NCBI GenBank assembly: GCA_017965445.1
Contig: JAGCPZ010000025.1
Coordinates: 41,782 to 105,781 of the forward strand
DNA: 64,000 nt
Origin: Fibrobacter sp.
Lineage (GTDB): Bacteria; Fibrobacterota; Fibrobacteria; Fibrobacterales; Fibrobacteraceae
Direction of reading: 5' to 3'
The stretch's first letter is position 1; the number at the start of each line of letters is the position of its first letter. The translations under genes were made by a program, and so were the position numbers. Of this stretch, positions 29,027 to 37,821 are shown piece after piece. Under the pieces are notes generated by a model. That model was given only the letters and a program-made list of their open reading frames with translations, was not told the DNA's origin and searched no databases.

Positions 29027-30568
29027 TTAGAATCCGGTGTTGTTGATTACTTTGGTTACAAGCCGCATTCCCACGTCATTTTCAATAATAATGACCAGCC
29101 TGCCCTTCGCTCTCTCCGGAAGGGTACCTCCCGTAGCACCAAGTTTACCAAGCTGCATACCGTTGACATCATAAAGCTTCACACGAGCTCCCGACGGAGC
29201 CCCGGAAACCTCCAGACGACCCTGAACCATACGCACGCCGATATCGGGCATCGCCAAACGCATATCGCCACAACTTGTTGTTGCAGTATCCTTTTTCACC
29301 GTATCCTGAACTGTCGTATCCTTCTTGACCGTATCGGGATTTGAAGCTTTATACGGGAGATTCGGCGTTTCCCAGTCAATCCAGTCGCCATAGTTGTCTA
29401 TCTTGAATCCCTTGCCGTTCGTGGGCTTCACGTGGATATCGGTATTTGCATCCTTGTTGCGCAGGAACTTGTCCACGAACGCCGTCACGGACTTGGTCTG
29501 GCTACTGGCCGCCTGGCAGTGCTCATGGCCGCCGGTAAAGTCGAAACCGATACGGTCCTCGATTCCCATGGCCTTCCACACTTCGGTAGCCGCCATCATG
29601 GACTTGTAACCCGACTCGTCGCCCAGCCATTCGTAACCGGGGTTGCCAAGCGCAATCACCGCACGCGGGGCAATCATGGCGATGAGTTCGTGGTGGTCGT
29701 GCGGGAGCTTGTAGGGATCCTGGCGCTGCAGGCTCTGCATGAACCAGCTGTAGTTCGTGTTGTCAATCTTTTCGATGTTCGTGCCGCGGCTCGCGAAGTC
29801 AGCGGAAGTGCGCCAGGAGTTGATGCCGCCACCGCCCGATTCCTGAGCGATGGTGAGCGTCACGCGTTCGTCGAAGGCGCCTGCGAAGAGGGCCATCTTG
29901 CCCGCATAGGAGCAACCCGTCACCGCAATCTTGCTCATGTCGAGATTGTGGTCCTTGGCAATCAACGCAAGGCCGTCAATCAGGCGGCTCACGCCCCACG
30001 ACCATGCGGAATAGTCACCGTTCTGGTTCTTGTTGCCGTAGAACTTGTAGAAGCCCACGTTCGTGTCCTTCTGGCCGTTCATGGAATACTTTGCCACCTG
30101 GTCGTGGCTGAAAGGCACCTGCACAAATCCACTGAAAATGCTAGACGAAAGCGAACCCGTGCCGCTGTTCATGCCGATGATAATCGGATGCGGGCCTGCG
30201 CCCGACGGGATGCTAAACTTGGAGGTAATCGTCGCCGTCTTACCGCCTTCCTTGACCGTCACCGTGAGAGTACCGCCACTGTAGGTCGCGCTCACATCCG
30301 CCGGGATCGGCTTGTCGCCAATTTCATACTTTTCGATATCCGCCTTGATTTCGTTACGGCGCTTGCTCCAGTCATCGTACTTGGTGACCTTCGAACCGTC
30401 ATGGAATTCAAACGGATTGGGCAACTTTTTATTGGATTTGAGTTCTCCAGCTTTGGCACCCAAATCCTTGCCCCGGTTTTCCACATCGAAATTAAGCGGA
30501 ATCTGCGCAGAAACCACCGAAAACAGCCCCAAAACAAGGGCCACTCCAACAACCTTATTCATTTTCAC
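29027..30568 (-). CDS. Carbohydrate esterase family 15 (glucuronoyl esterase-like) secreted protein
   Basis: KLPNPF, AWSWGVSRLIDGL, TGCSYAGK, AQESGGGG, LPHDHHELIAMIAPR, GGHEHC. Confidence 0.9.
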   Translation of the reverse strand: MKMNKVVGVALVLGLFSVVSAQIPLNFDVENRGKDLGAKAGELKSNKKLPNPFEFHDGSKVTKYDDWSKRRNEIKADIEKYEIGDKPIPADVSATYSGGTLTVTVKEGGKTATITSKFSIPSGAGPHPIIIGMNSGTGSLSSSIFSGFVQVPFSHDQVAKYSMNGQKDTNVGFYKFYGNKNQNGDYSAWSWGVSRLIDGLALIAKDHNLDMSKIAVTGCSYAGKMALFAGAFDERVTLTIAQESGGGGINSWRTSADFASRGTNIEKIDNTNYSWFMQSLQRQDPYKLPHDHHELIAMIAPRAVIALGNPGYEWLGDESGYKSMMAATEVWKAMGIEDRIGFDFTGGHEHCQAASSQTKSVTAFVDKFLRNKDANTDIHVKPTNGKGFKIDNYGDWIDWETPNLPYKASNPDTVKKDTTVQDTVKKDTATTSCGDMRLAMPDIGVRMVQGRLEVSGAPSGARVKLYDVNGMQLGKLGATGGTLPERAKGRLVIIIENDVGMRLVTKVINNTGF

Positions 30569-30746
30569 TCCTTTACCAACAGCCTTCTAACACCTATGTA
30601 ATTAATATATTCGGTAACACTCCATCTTAGCCAAACTCCAAAAAATTTTTCATTAACAAAATGTGAATGGAGTTCTCCATTTCTATAAAATGTATATGTC
30701 TAGCCGGTATAGGAAAAAAGCGACATTATTTCTAAATTTCGAACCC

Positions 30747-31841
30747 GTGAAAGCCCTAGTCAGATCATTTATTATTTCATTGTTCATCGGTTCGCTATTG
30801 CCGATGAAGGCCCCTGCTCAAGAATCCAACGAGGAATTTCAACGCATCTCGGTAGTCCCCGTCATCGGCTATACCGAAGAGACGCAATACCAGTTCGGCG
30901 CCATGGCCATCCTGTTCTTCAAGCCATCCTTTGAGGGAGGCGCCATTTCAGAACTGGATCTTTCGTGCTACGGGACTTCGCGAAAACAACTGACAGGTTC
31001 GATATCCCCAAAGTTTTTCTTCCTGAAAGACCGCATCTCAACTGACATAGACCTCCACTACGAGAACTGGGTCGGCAATTTCTTTGGAGCAGGCAACAAT
31101 CCCGACTACGACGACTTCCACAAGTTCGACCGCGAAACTTTTTACATCCAAGCTCTCGTCGAAGCGAACTTCGGTACAAAGCAGTGGCTCCCCGCATTCA
31201 AGTACGGTCCTTATGTTGAAATAAACCACACGAGTATTGATTTCGGCAACTACCATTACCACGGCAACATCGAGAAGCCCCAAGACACAGACGGCTGGCG
31301 AAACGGCATCGGCTATCATCTTTCGCTCGACACCCGTGACAATACCAACTGGGCAAGACACGGCTACCTGGTCCAATGGGGCCATTACTTCTACAACAAA
31401 GGTCTAGGCGACTACAGCTACACGCAGCAGGAACTCGATATCCGGGGATACTCCGAATTTATCTGGAGTACATCCATGGCTGTCGGCATGCTCTGGCAAC
31501 GCGTCACTGGAGGGGCCCCCTTTGACAAACTAGCGGGGACCGACGGGCTCAAGCGGTTCCGCGGAGTCGAGAGGAACTACTTTTACGGGAACCAGGCACT
31601 GTTCTTGCAGGTGGAATTTCGCAAAAAGCTGTTCTGGCGCCTCGCCGGAGATATCTTCTTCGAAGGCGGAAAAACCGGCGACTACTTCAGCGACCTCATG
31701 CGGAACAAGTGGCACAGGAGCCTCGGCTTCGGTGGGCGGTTCGCCCTCAACCAGAGGGAAAACCTGTATGCCCGCTGTGAACTTTCATGGGTCGATTTCA
31801 AGCACATCGGCATGACGATGTACGTCCGCGACGCATTCTAG
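30747..31841 (+). CDS. Omp85/BamA-TamA family outer-membrane beta-barrel protein (barrel only)
   Basis: VPVIGYTEET, LSLDTRDNTNW, KRFRGV, LQVEFR, terminal Phe (RDAF). GTG at 30747 gives a signal peptide. Confidence 0.75.
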   Translation: MKALVRSFIISLFIGSLLPMKAPAQESNEEFQRISVVPVIGYTEETQYQFGAMAILFFKPSFEGGAISELDLSCYGTSRKQLTGSISPKFFFLKDRISTDIDLHYENWVGNFFGAGNNPDYDDFHKFDRETFYIQALVEANFGTKQWLPAFKYGPYVEINHTSIDFGNYHYHGNIEKPQDTDGWRNGIGYHLSLDTRDNTNWARHGYLVQWGHYFYNKGLGDYSYTQQELDIRGYSEFIWSTSMAVGMLWQRVTGGAPFDKLAGTDGLKRFRGVERNYFYGNQALFLQVEFRKKLFWRLAGDIFFEGGKTGDYFSDLMRNKWHRSLGFGGRFALNQRENLYARCELSWVDFKHIGMTMYVRDAF

Positions 31842-31842
31842 G

Positions 31843-32036
31843 GCACCTTCGGTGCAGTTACTAGTTACTAGTTAATAGTTAGTAGGTTTTAGGGGTTGGG
31901 CATGTCATCCTGAGGCAAAAGCCGATATATGAAACTTGGCTCTTTAGAGCCTTAGTTGAATTAGGTTCGTAGGAGCAGGATCTAGTCACAGTTCTAGTAA
32001 CTAGCAACTCAGAAATTAGAACTGCTGCGAAGCAGC
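31843..32036. repeat. Composite element: tetraloop hairpin, (AGTTACT)n, interrupted YGTCA palindrome, inverted (AGTAACT)n, hairpin
   Basis: GCACCTTCGGTGC AGTTACT AGTTACT AGTTAAT...TGTCATCCTGAGGCAAAAGCCGA...AGGATCT...AGTAACT AGCAACT...GCTGCGAAGCAGC. Confidence 0.7.
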
Positions 32037-32043
32037 TTCATTA

Positions 32044-32083
32044 AAAAAGCGGATGCAAACCCGAAGCTTGCATCCGCCATTTT
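32044..32083. terminator. Intrinsic terminator after nuoA, probably bidirectional
   Basis: GCGGATGCAA-N-TTGCATCCGC with flanking A/T tracts. Confidence 0.65.
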
Positions 32084-32112
32084 TGAGATAGAATAATCAA
32101 CGATATTAAGGA

Positions 32113-32505
32113 TTAATCCTTAACGCTGTTCCAGTCCAGAACGCCCTTCTTGAGGAGGTAGATGTAACCCGATTCAAGAATGAGAAGGAATGCGAGGAGG
32201 ATGAACAGCAATTCCCAGCCACCTGCGAGGAACTGGATGGTCCAGGGGTAAATAAAGGCAACTTCGAGGTCAAAAACCAAGAAAAGCATGGCAACCATGT
32301 AGTATTTGACCGGATAACGCTCATTTGCCGTACCGGAAACGTGAGCCAGACCACATTCGTAGGCAGAACCCTTAATAATAGTATGCTTAATTTTGCCCGG
32401 ATGCAGGAACCAGTTGGCCAAAAGAAGGATTGCGGGTATGCAAAGAGCCATGATGACCAGAATGGTCATGGCGAACGTGGTGTCGAATATTTCAACATTA
32501 CTCAT
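32113..32505 (-). CDS. nuoA: NADH-quinone oxidoreductase subunit A
   Basis: AYECG, YYMVAMLFLVFDLEVAFIYPW, KKGVLDW. Confidence 0.93.
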   Translation of the reverse strand: MSNVEIFDTTFAMTILVIMALCIPAILLLANWFLHPGKIKHTIIKGSAYECGLAHVSGTANERYPVKYYMVAMLFLVFDLEVAFIYPWTIQFLAGGWELLFILLAFLLILESGYIYLLKKGVLDWNSVKD

Positions 32506-32574
32506 AGTGATTTCAAAGATAGTAAAAAAGTTTTTGCTAATTCAATCCCTTTTTGTAAACTATATTTGGTAATC

Positions 32575-33483
32575 ATGAAGAAAAAACTCCTTTCTTTTAT
32601 TTTCTTAGGGAGTACATCGCTCCTCCTCAGTTGCTCCGATGATGAAGCAGCCATGTCGGTAGCACCGACTCCTGTGGCTGTGGAATCTTCATCTTCCGTT
32701 CAGACAAAGCCGCTTTCGTCCCCTTCCTCGAGTTCCCTCCAGACCCCGAAGTCCTCAGCCGTCAAGACCAGTAGAGACACGACATTCAAGCATGTAATCG
32801 ACACCGTCAAATCGGGTTCTAGTATTGATTACCCCGATATCGATGAAACAGAAGTGTTCTGTTGGGAACAGGGTTGCGAAAAGACTGTCAAACCACGTTC
32901 ATCATCATCCAAGGCCACAGCAAAGTCTTCGTCTTCACATTCTGCCATCACAATCGACCAGCCCGAAAACAAACCGCCTGTCGTGAACGGCATGACGATG
33001 ACCGACGCTCGTGACAACAAGAATTACAAGCTCATGCAAATCGGCGGCAAGCTCTGGATGGCAGAGGACCTCAATTACTCCGGTGTCACCAGCGAATGCT
33101 ACAACGAACAAGAAGACAAATGCAAAACCAACGGCAGACTCTACACGTACAACAGCGCACAGAAGGCATGCCCCACTGGCTGGCGTCTTCCCACTAGAGA
33201 AGAAGCCCAGGCTGCACTTAATGACGAAAGCGTGCCTTGGCAATATAGCGGACGCTGCAAGGACGGCGACTGCAACTTCATTGGTGACATGGGCTTCCAC
33301 TGGACGTCCGGCACACCGGCATCTAACGACAAGAAGTACGACGAAAACGGAGGCTCCAGCGGCGCCCTCATCATCGTCGAAAAGTCCCCCGAATATGTTA
33401 AGGACAAGGAAGACGAAGACCGCCTGTTCTTCCAGGTCGATCAGAAGACGAAGCGCTTCAGCATCCGCTGCGTCCAAGAGTAA
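32575..33483 (+). CDS. FISUMP (Fibrobacter succinogenes major paralogous domain) lipoprotein
   Basis: LLSC lipobox, Ser-rich linker, MTDARDNKNYK..IGGKLWMAEDLNY, GRLYTY, CPTGWRLPT, FSIRCVQE. ATG at 32575 preferred. Confidence 0.88.
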   Translation: MKKKLLSFIFLGSTSLLLSCSDDEAAMSVAPTPVAVESSSSVQTKPLSSPSSSSLQTPKSSAVKTSRDTTFKHVIDTVKSGSSIDYPDIDETEVFCWEQGCEKTVKPRSSSSKATAKSSSSHSAITIDQPENKPPVVNGMTMTDARDNKNYKLMQIGGKLWMAEDLNYSGVTSECYNEQEDKCKTNGRLYTYNSAQKACPTGWRLPTREEAQAALNDESVPWQYSGRCKDGDCNFIGDMGFHWTSGTPASNDKKYDENGGSSGALIIVEKSPEYVKDKEDEDRLFFQVDQKTKRFSIRCVQE

Positions 33484-33590
33484 TCACTAGAATTTCCTCC
33501 TTACACAAAGGACCTTGCTTGCTTATGCAGGCGAGGTCCTTTTCCATTTCAATCGAGAAACGTTCATTCAACTTTACTAAATTCCATTTC

Positions 33591-34994
33591 ATGCTACGTT
33601 CAAAGTACCAAATGCTCGCGGATACCGTTTCCGAGAACGTTTTCAAAACCAGAACCCAGTCGAACCCCATCATGCTGGTGGTGCTGGCCTATCTTCTGCT
33701 CATAGCTATCGGTACTGCGCTCCTTAGTTTGCCCCAGGCGGCCACACGTCCCTTAAGCCTTATCGACGCATTTTTCACCGCCATGTCCGCCGTATGCGTC
33801 ACCGGGCTTTCTGTTGTCGATATCCCCACCACGTTTACGCACACCGGACTTTGGTTCCTAGTCATCCTCATGCAGCTTGGCGGACTCGGCATCATGACGG
33901 CATCTACAACGATTATTTTGCTTGCAGGAATGCATCCAGGATTTAGCCACCAGTCCATATTCCTCTCTGAATTTACACAAGAAGGGAACATCGACGCAGG
34001 CCGCATCCTCAAGGCCGTCATCCCGTTTACGTTTGTTCTAGAGGCAATCGGCGGAGTCGTCTATTTTACTCAGTTTGATTCTATGGAACTCTACGACCGC
34101 ATATTTTGTTCACTATTCCAAGCGGTCAGTTCCTTCTGCGGTGTGGGGTTCACGCTGTTCCCCGACTCGCTCATCGGTTTCCAGTACAACCCTATCATGA
34201 ACATCACCACCTGCATCCTCGTACTTGCAGGCGGATTCGGCTTCCTTGCCATTACGGAACTGCGCTATATCTTCGACTTCAAGAGCAAGACCATCCGACG
34301 CATCTCCCTGCACACCCGCCTTGCGACAATCGGCACGATTATCGTCATCGCCGCAAGTACTGCGATTTTCGCGTTCACCGAATGGAACAACCTATTTAGC
34401 GGTCACACCTTTGGCGAAAACGCACAGTCCGTCCTGTTCATGACTTTTTCGAGCCGCACGGCAGGGCTCAACTCCATCAACATACCCGACCTTACGCACG
34501 CATCGCTTTTCATCTTTATCATCATCATGTTCATCGGGGCAAACCCCGGTAGCTGTGGCGGCGGCATCAAGATTACAACGGCTGCGGTCATCTTCCTTCT
34601 CGGCATCAACAGGCTCCTCGGCAGGGAAAAGACCCAGGTTCTCGGACGCACCATCCCGAACAACACCATCGACAAGGCTATTCGAATTTTCGTCACCGCT
34701 ATCGTAGTCATCGCAGGCGCCACGCTGATTCTCCTCTGCACCGAAATCCCGCCTGGTACAAGCTATTCTGAAAACTCCGGTTCGTTCCTCAAGATACTCT
34801 TCGAAGTCGTGAGCGCCTATGCCACATGCGGGCTCTCCATGGGGCTCACGGGAGAGCTCTCCCTCATCGGTAAAATGGTCATCTGCTGCGTGATGTTCAT
34901 CGGACGCATGGGCCCCTTGTTCCTGATATCCGCTGTTGCAGGCAAACTTCAAGATACCGCCTGGTACGCCGAAGAAGACGTGATGGTCGGCTAG
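33591..34994 (+). CDS. TrkH/KtrB potassium uptake membrane subunit
   Basis: FFTAMSAVCVTGL, QLGGLG, SRTAG, MFIGANPGSCGGGIKITT, EVVSAYATCGLSMG, MFIGRMG. Start at 33591 preferred (track 33519). Confidence 0.92.
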   Translation: MLRSKYQMLADTVSENVFKTRTQSNPIMLVVLAYLLLIAIGTALLSLPQAATRPLSLIDAFFTAMSAVCVTGLSVVDIPTTFTHTGLWFLVILMQLGGLGIMTASTTIILLAGMHPGFSHQSIFLSEFTQEGNIDAGRILKAVIPFTFVLEAIGGVVYFTQFDSMELYDRIFCSLFQAVSSFCGVGFTLFPDSLIGFQYNPIMNITTCILVLAGGFGFLAITELRYIFDFKSKTIRRISLHTRLATIGTIIVIAASTAIFAFTEWNNLFSGHTFGENAQSVLFMTFSSRTAGLNSINIPDLTHASLFIFIIIMFIGANPGSCGGGIKITTAAVIFLLGINRLLGREKTQVLGRTIPNNTIDKAIRIFVTAIVVIAGATLILLCTEIPPGTSYSENSGSFLKILFEVVSAYATCGLSMGLTGELSLIGKMVICCVMFIGRMGPLFLISAVAGKLQDTAWYAEEDVMVG

Positions 34995-35100
34995 CGCCTT
35001 CGGCGCAGTTATGAGTTTTGAGATACTAGTTACTAGACTTTTTCTGTAAAAACCTCTAGTAACTAGCCCGAAGGGCGAAGTAACTACTAACTAGTAACTA
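34994..35100. repeat. Composite hairpin/heptamer element between the Ktr genes
   Basis: GCGCCTTCGGCGC AGTTATG AGTTTTG AGATACT AGTTACT...AGTAACT A GCCCGAAGGGC G A AGTAACT ACTAACT AGTAACT. Confidence 0.7.
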
Positions 35101-35110
35101 TATTTAGCTC

Positions 35111-35770
35111 ATGGCTTCTAGACAATTCGTAATCATAGGTCTTGGGAATTCGGCAAACTACCTTGCCCGTCACTTGACATCACTCGGTCATGACATCATG
35201 GTCATCGACTCGCATCCCGAAAAAATTCAGGACATCTCAAGCATGGTCTCGCAAGCCATCGTCGCCGACAGCACCCGAAAAAAGCAGCTCGCTTCCATCC
35301 CGTCGCTCACAAAGGCGGACAGCGTCATCGTCTGCATCGGCCAGGATCTCGAAGCGTCGCTCCTCACCATCCTGAACTTGAAGGAACTCGGAGTCAAGCA
35401 CATCATCGCGAAGTCGAGCAGTGCCGCACACACGAGCATTCTGGAAAAATTGGGCGTCACGGACATCTTCCACCCGGAACGCGATGCCGCCATAAGCCTT
35501 GCCGAACGCCTCAACCGCCCGAACATGGTCGATTTTCTCCCGTTCATGGAAGGCTACTCCATCGTAGAACTCGTCTGTCCGAAGATGTTCATCGGAAAGA
35601 CCTTGAAGACGCTGTCGCTCACGCACAAATACGGCGTCCAGGTCATCGCCATCCGCGACCCGCAGGAGCCCACGCCCAAAATCGGTAACATTGCAGACGT
35701 CATCTTGCAAGAAGACGACGTGCTGTTCCTCATCGGCCCGAACGAAGCACTCGATAAATTGAAAGATTAA
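35111..35770 (+). CDS. TrkA/KtrA potassium uptake RCK subunit
   Basis: FVIIGLG, VIVCIG, LKELGVKHIIAK, LEKLG...HPERD, C-terminal TrkA_C domain. Confidence 0.92.
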   Translation: MASRQFVIIGLGNSANYLARHLTSLGHDIMVIDSHPEKIQDISSMVSQAIVADSTRKKQLASIPSLTKADSVIVCIGQDLEASLLTILNLKELGVKHIIAKSSSAAHTSILEKLGVTDIFHPERDAAISLAERLNRPNMVDFLPFMEGYSIVELVCPKMFIGKTLKTLSLTHKYGVQVIAIRDPQEPTPKIGNIADVILQEDDVLFLIGPNEALDKLKD

Positions 35771-36237
35771 TTTTCTGATGTCATGCCCGCCGGAGCCTGT
35801 GCTGAGCGAAGTCGAAGTAAGCGGGCACCTCCCTTACCGACTGAACATTTGTCGCAAAGTCCGAACATGTAGAGAGAAGTCCCTGTCAAGGTAAAACCGG
35901 CAGGGACAATTTTTGTGCAATCCGGCGGCGCGACGAACACGTCGAACACCTTGCCGCACCCCTTGCACTTGAAATGGCAATGCGGCGAACAGTCCGCATC
36001 ATAGCGTAAAAAACCGTCGCCAAAATCCAACGAAATCGCCAAATCGTTTGCTATCAAAAGTTCAAGCGTATTATAGACCGTCGTCCGTGAAAGCGACGGG
36101 TATTCCGGCAAAAGCGCCGTGTAGATTTCATCCACCGTCGGGTGCGTCTTGACGCTCCTCAAATAGCGGAAAACACAGACCCGCTGCAAAGACGGCCTGA
36201 CGCCATGTTCTTTAAGTATAATCGCCGATTCCTGCAT
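35767..36237 (-). CDS. Fur-family regulator, PerR-like
   Basis: RPSLQR, HPTVDEIY, LSRTTVYNTL, HCHFKCKGCG, GLCDKC; downstream of rubrerythrin. ATG at 36237 preferred (track 36252). Confidence 0.88.
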   Translation of the reverse strand: MQESAIILKEHGVRPSLQRVCVFRYLRSVKTHPTVDEIYTALLPEYPSLSRTTVYNTLELLIANDLAISLDFGDGFLRYDADCSPHCHFKCKGCGKVFDVFVAPPDCTKIVPAGFTLTGTSLYMFGLCDKCSVGKGGARLLRLRSAQAPAGMTSEN

Positions 36238-36307
36238 AATCAAACCCCACACCGTAATTCATAAAAAAGCGGTCCCCTTTCGAGAACCGCTCCTTACACC
36301 TCAAACA

Positions 36308-36865
36308 TTACTTAAAGTAACGTCCGAGCAAACCCTGGAACGCGCCACCATGACGGGCTTCGTCCTTGCACATTTCGTGAACAGTATCGTGGATGGCGTC
36401 GTAGCCGAGTTCCTTGGCACGCTTGGCGAGAGCAAGCTTGCCTTCGGTGGCGCCAGCTTCGGCGGCAACACGAAGTTCCAAGTTCTTCTTGGTGTCGGCA
36501 TAGACCACTTCGCCCAAAAGTTCAGCGAACTTGGCAGCGTGTTCAGCCTCTTCGAAAGCGATGCGCTTATAAGCTTCGGCCACTTCCGGGAAGCCTTCGC
36601 GGTCTGCCTGACGGCTCATCGCAAGGTACATGCCCACTTCGGTACATTCGCCGGCAAAGTTCTCGCGGAGTCCCTGCACCACTTCGGCATCCAAGCCCTG
36701 AGCGACACCAATCTTGTGTTCGTCAGCCCAGACAATCTTCCCTGCCGCCGGCTGTTCGACCTTCTCGAAGAACTTGCTCTTCGGAGCGTGGCACTGCGGG
36801 CATTCATCCGGAGCTTCCGGACCCATGTGGACATAACCGCAAACTTTGCAAACCCAGACCTTCAT
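36308..36865 (-). CDS. Reverse rubrerythrin (N-terminal rubredoxin, C-terminal di-iron domain), NADH peroxidase-like
   Basis: WVCKVCGY...[28 protein letters not shown]. Confidence 0.92.
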   Translation of the reverse strand: MKVWVCKVCGYVHMGPEAPDECPQCHAPKSKFFEKVEQPAAGKIVWADEHKIGVAQGLDAEVVQGLRENFAGECTEVGMYLAMSRQADREGFPEVAEAYKRIAFEEAEHAAKFAELLGEVVYADTKKNLELRVAAEAGATEGKLALAKRAKELGYDAIHDTVHEMCKDEARHGGAFQGLLGRYFK

Positions 36866-36927
36866 ATTTTCTCCTTTCCGCTAAGCGGATTTTGATTTAG
36901 AAATTCTTTATATAATTTGTCATTGAT

Positions 36928-36944
36928 TTTGTAACGATTACAAA
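36928..36944. promoter_or_regulatory. Candidate PerR/Fur-type operator upstream of rubrerythrin
   Basis: Perfect 7-3-7 palindrome TTTGTAA-CGA-TTACAAA about 60 nt upstream of the start. Confidence 0.6.
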
Positions 36945-37059
36945 TATAAAATCATTTCAATTAATTGTCAAGAGGTAAAACCCCTTTTTTATAAATATTC
37001 TAAAAAAAGATGAAAAAGTACCCTTCCCGAAGAAAATTTTTTAAAACCCGGCCACAAAA

Positions 37060-37762
37060 AAGGAACCCACCGGCAAAGCCGGTGGTTCTTCATATGCGGG
37101 CCCTGCCCTAGGATACTAGCAACGCGTCACGTCGCGTCGGTCAATCTGCCACTTGCGTTTTTTCCTTACCGGCGGCCCGTAAACGGGCTATAGTTTTCCC
37201 AGCATTGTCAACTGCTCTCCGTACTGGTCTTCCTTCAGCTGATTTTGGATATACGCTGCAATCCTTGCCGTATTTTTTCCAGCCGTGTCTACATAGTAGC
37301 CTCGGCACCAGAATTCCCTGTTGCGGTATTTGAACTGGAGCGATTTGTACTTTTCGTAAATCATTAGACTGCTCTTCCCTTTCAAGTATCCGACAAAACC
37401 CGAAACCGAAACTTTGGGAGGTATCTCGACCAACATGTGGACATGATCCGGGCAAACCTCAGCCTCCAAGATATTGATCTGTTTCCACTCGCAAAGTTTT
37501 CTCAGCATCGCTCCGATTTCAGTCTTTTTCTCACCGTAAAAAACCTTCCTTCTAAATTTAGGGGCAAATACGATATGATACTTGCAATTCCACGATGTAT
37601 GCGCTAACGTGTTATTATTTCTATAATTCACTTTAGATCCTTTGATTTGATTGTTATGCAGTTGGCAGACCGCATTTCAATTGTAATCAAGGGATTTTTG
37701 TTTTTCCGAGGACTCAACGCCAAAAGGCTCTTTTGAACTCACCGGCCTAGCCGGTGGTTTTC
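37060..37762 (-). mobile_element. IS200/IS605-family element (tnpA only)
   Basis: Subterminal hairpins CACCGGC-AAA-GCCGGTGG (~37067-37086) and CACCGGC-CTA-GCCGGTGG (~37739-37757) flank a Y1 transposase; exact ends uncertain. Confidence 0.85.
37188..37631 (-). CDS. tnpA: IS200/IS605 Y1 HUH transposase
   Basis: YHIVFAPKFRR, DHVHML (HUH), LKGKSS, FWCRGYYVDT, AYIQNQ (catalytic Tyr). Confidence 0.95.
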   Translation of the reverse strand: MNYRNNNTLAHTSWNCKYHIVFAPKFRRKVFYGEKKTEIGAMLRKLCEWKQINILEAEVCPDHVHMLVEIPPKVSVSGFVGYLKGKSSLMIYEKYKSLQFKYRNREFWCRGYYVDTAGKNTARIAAYIQNQLKEDQYGEQLTMLGKL

Positions 37763-37821
37763 AGTTATACAAAAAAACGGCTCATGCGAGCCGTCAAACA
37801 TTACTGTAATTTACCAAAGAT

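Noticed and set aside
31843-35110. CRISPR array
   Set aside because: Repeats are 7-mers or dispersed palindromes without constant 25-40 nt repeats and unique spacers; no cas genes
37060-37762. TnpB/omega-RNA system, or a RAYT mobilising the YGTCA palindromes
   Set aside because: No tnpB ORF is present. The TnpA is a canonical IS200 type with its own end hairpins, unlike the dispersed palindromes.
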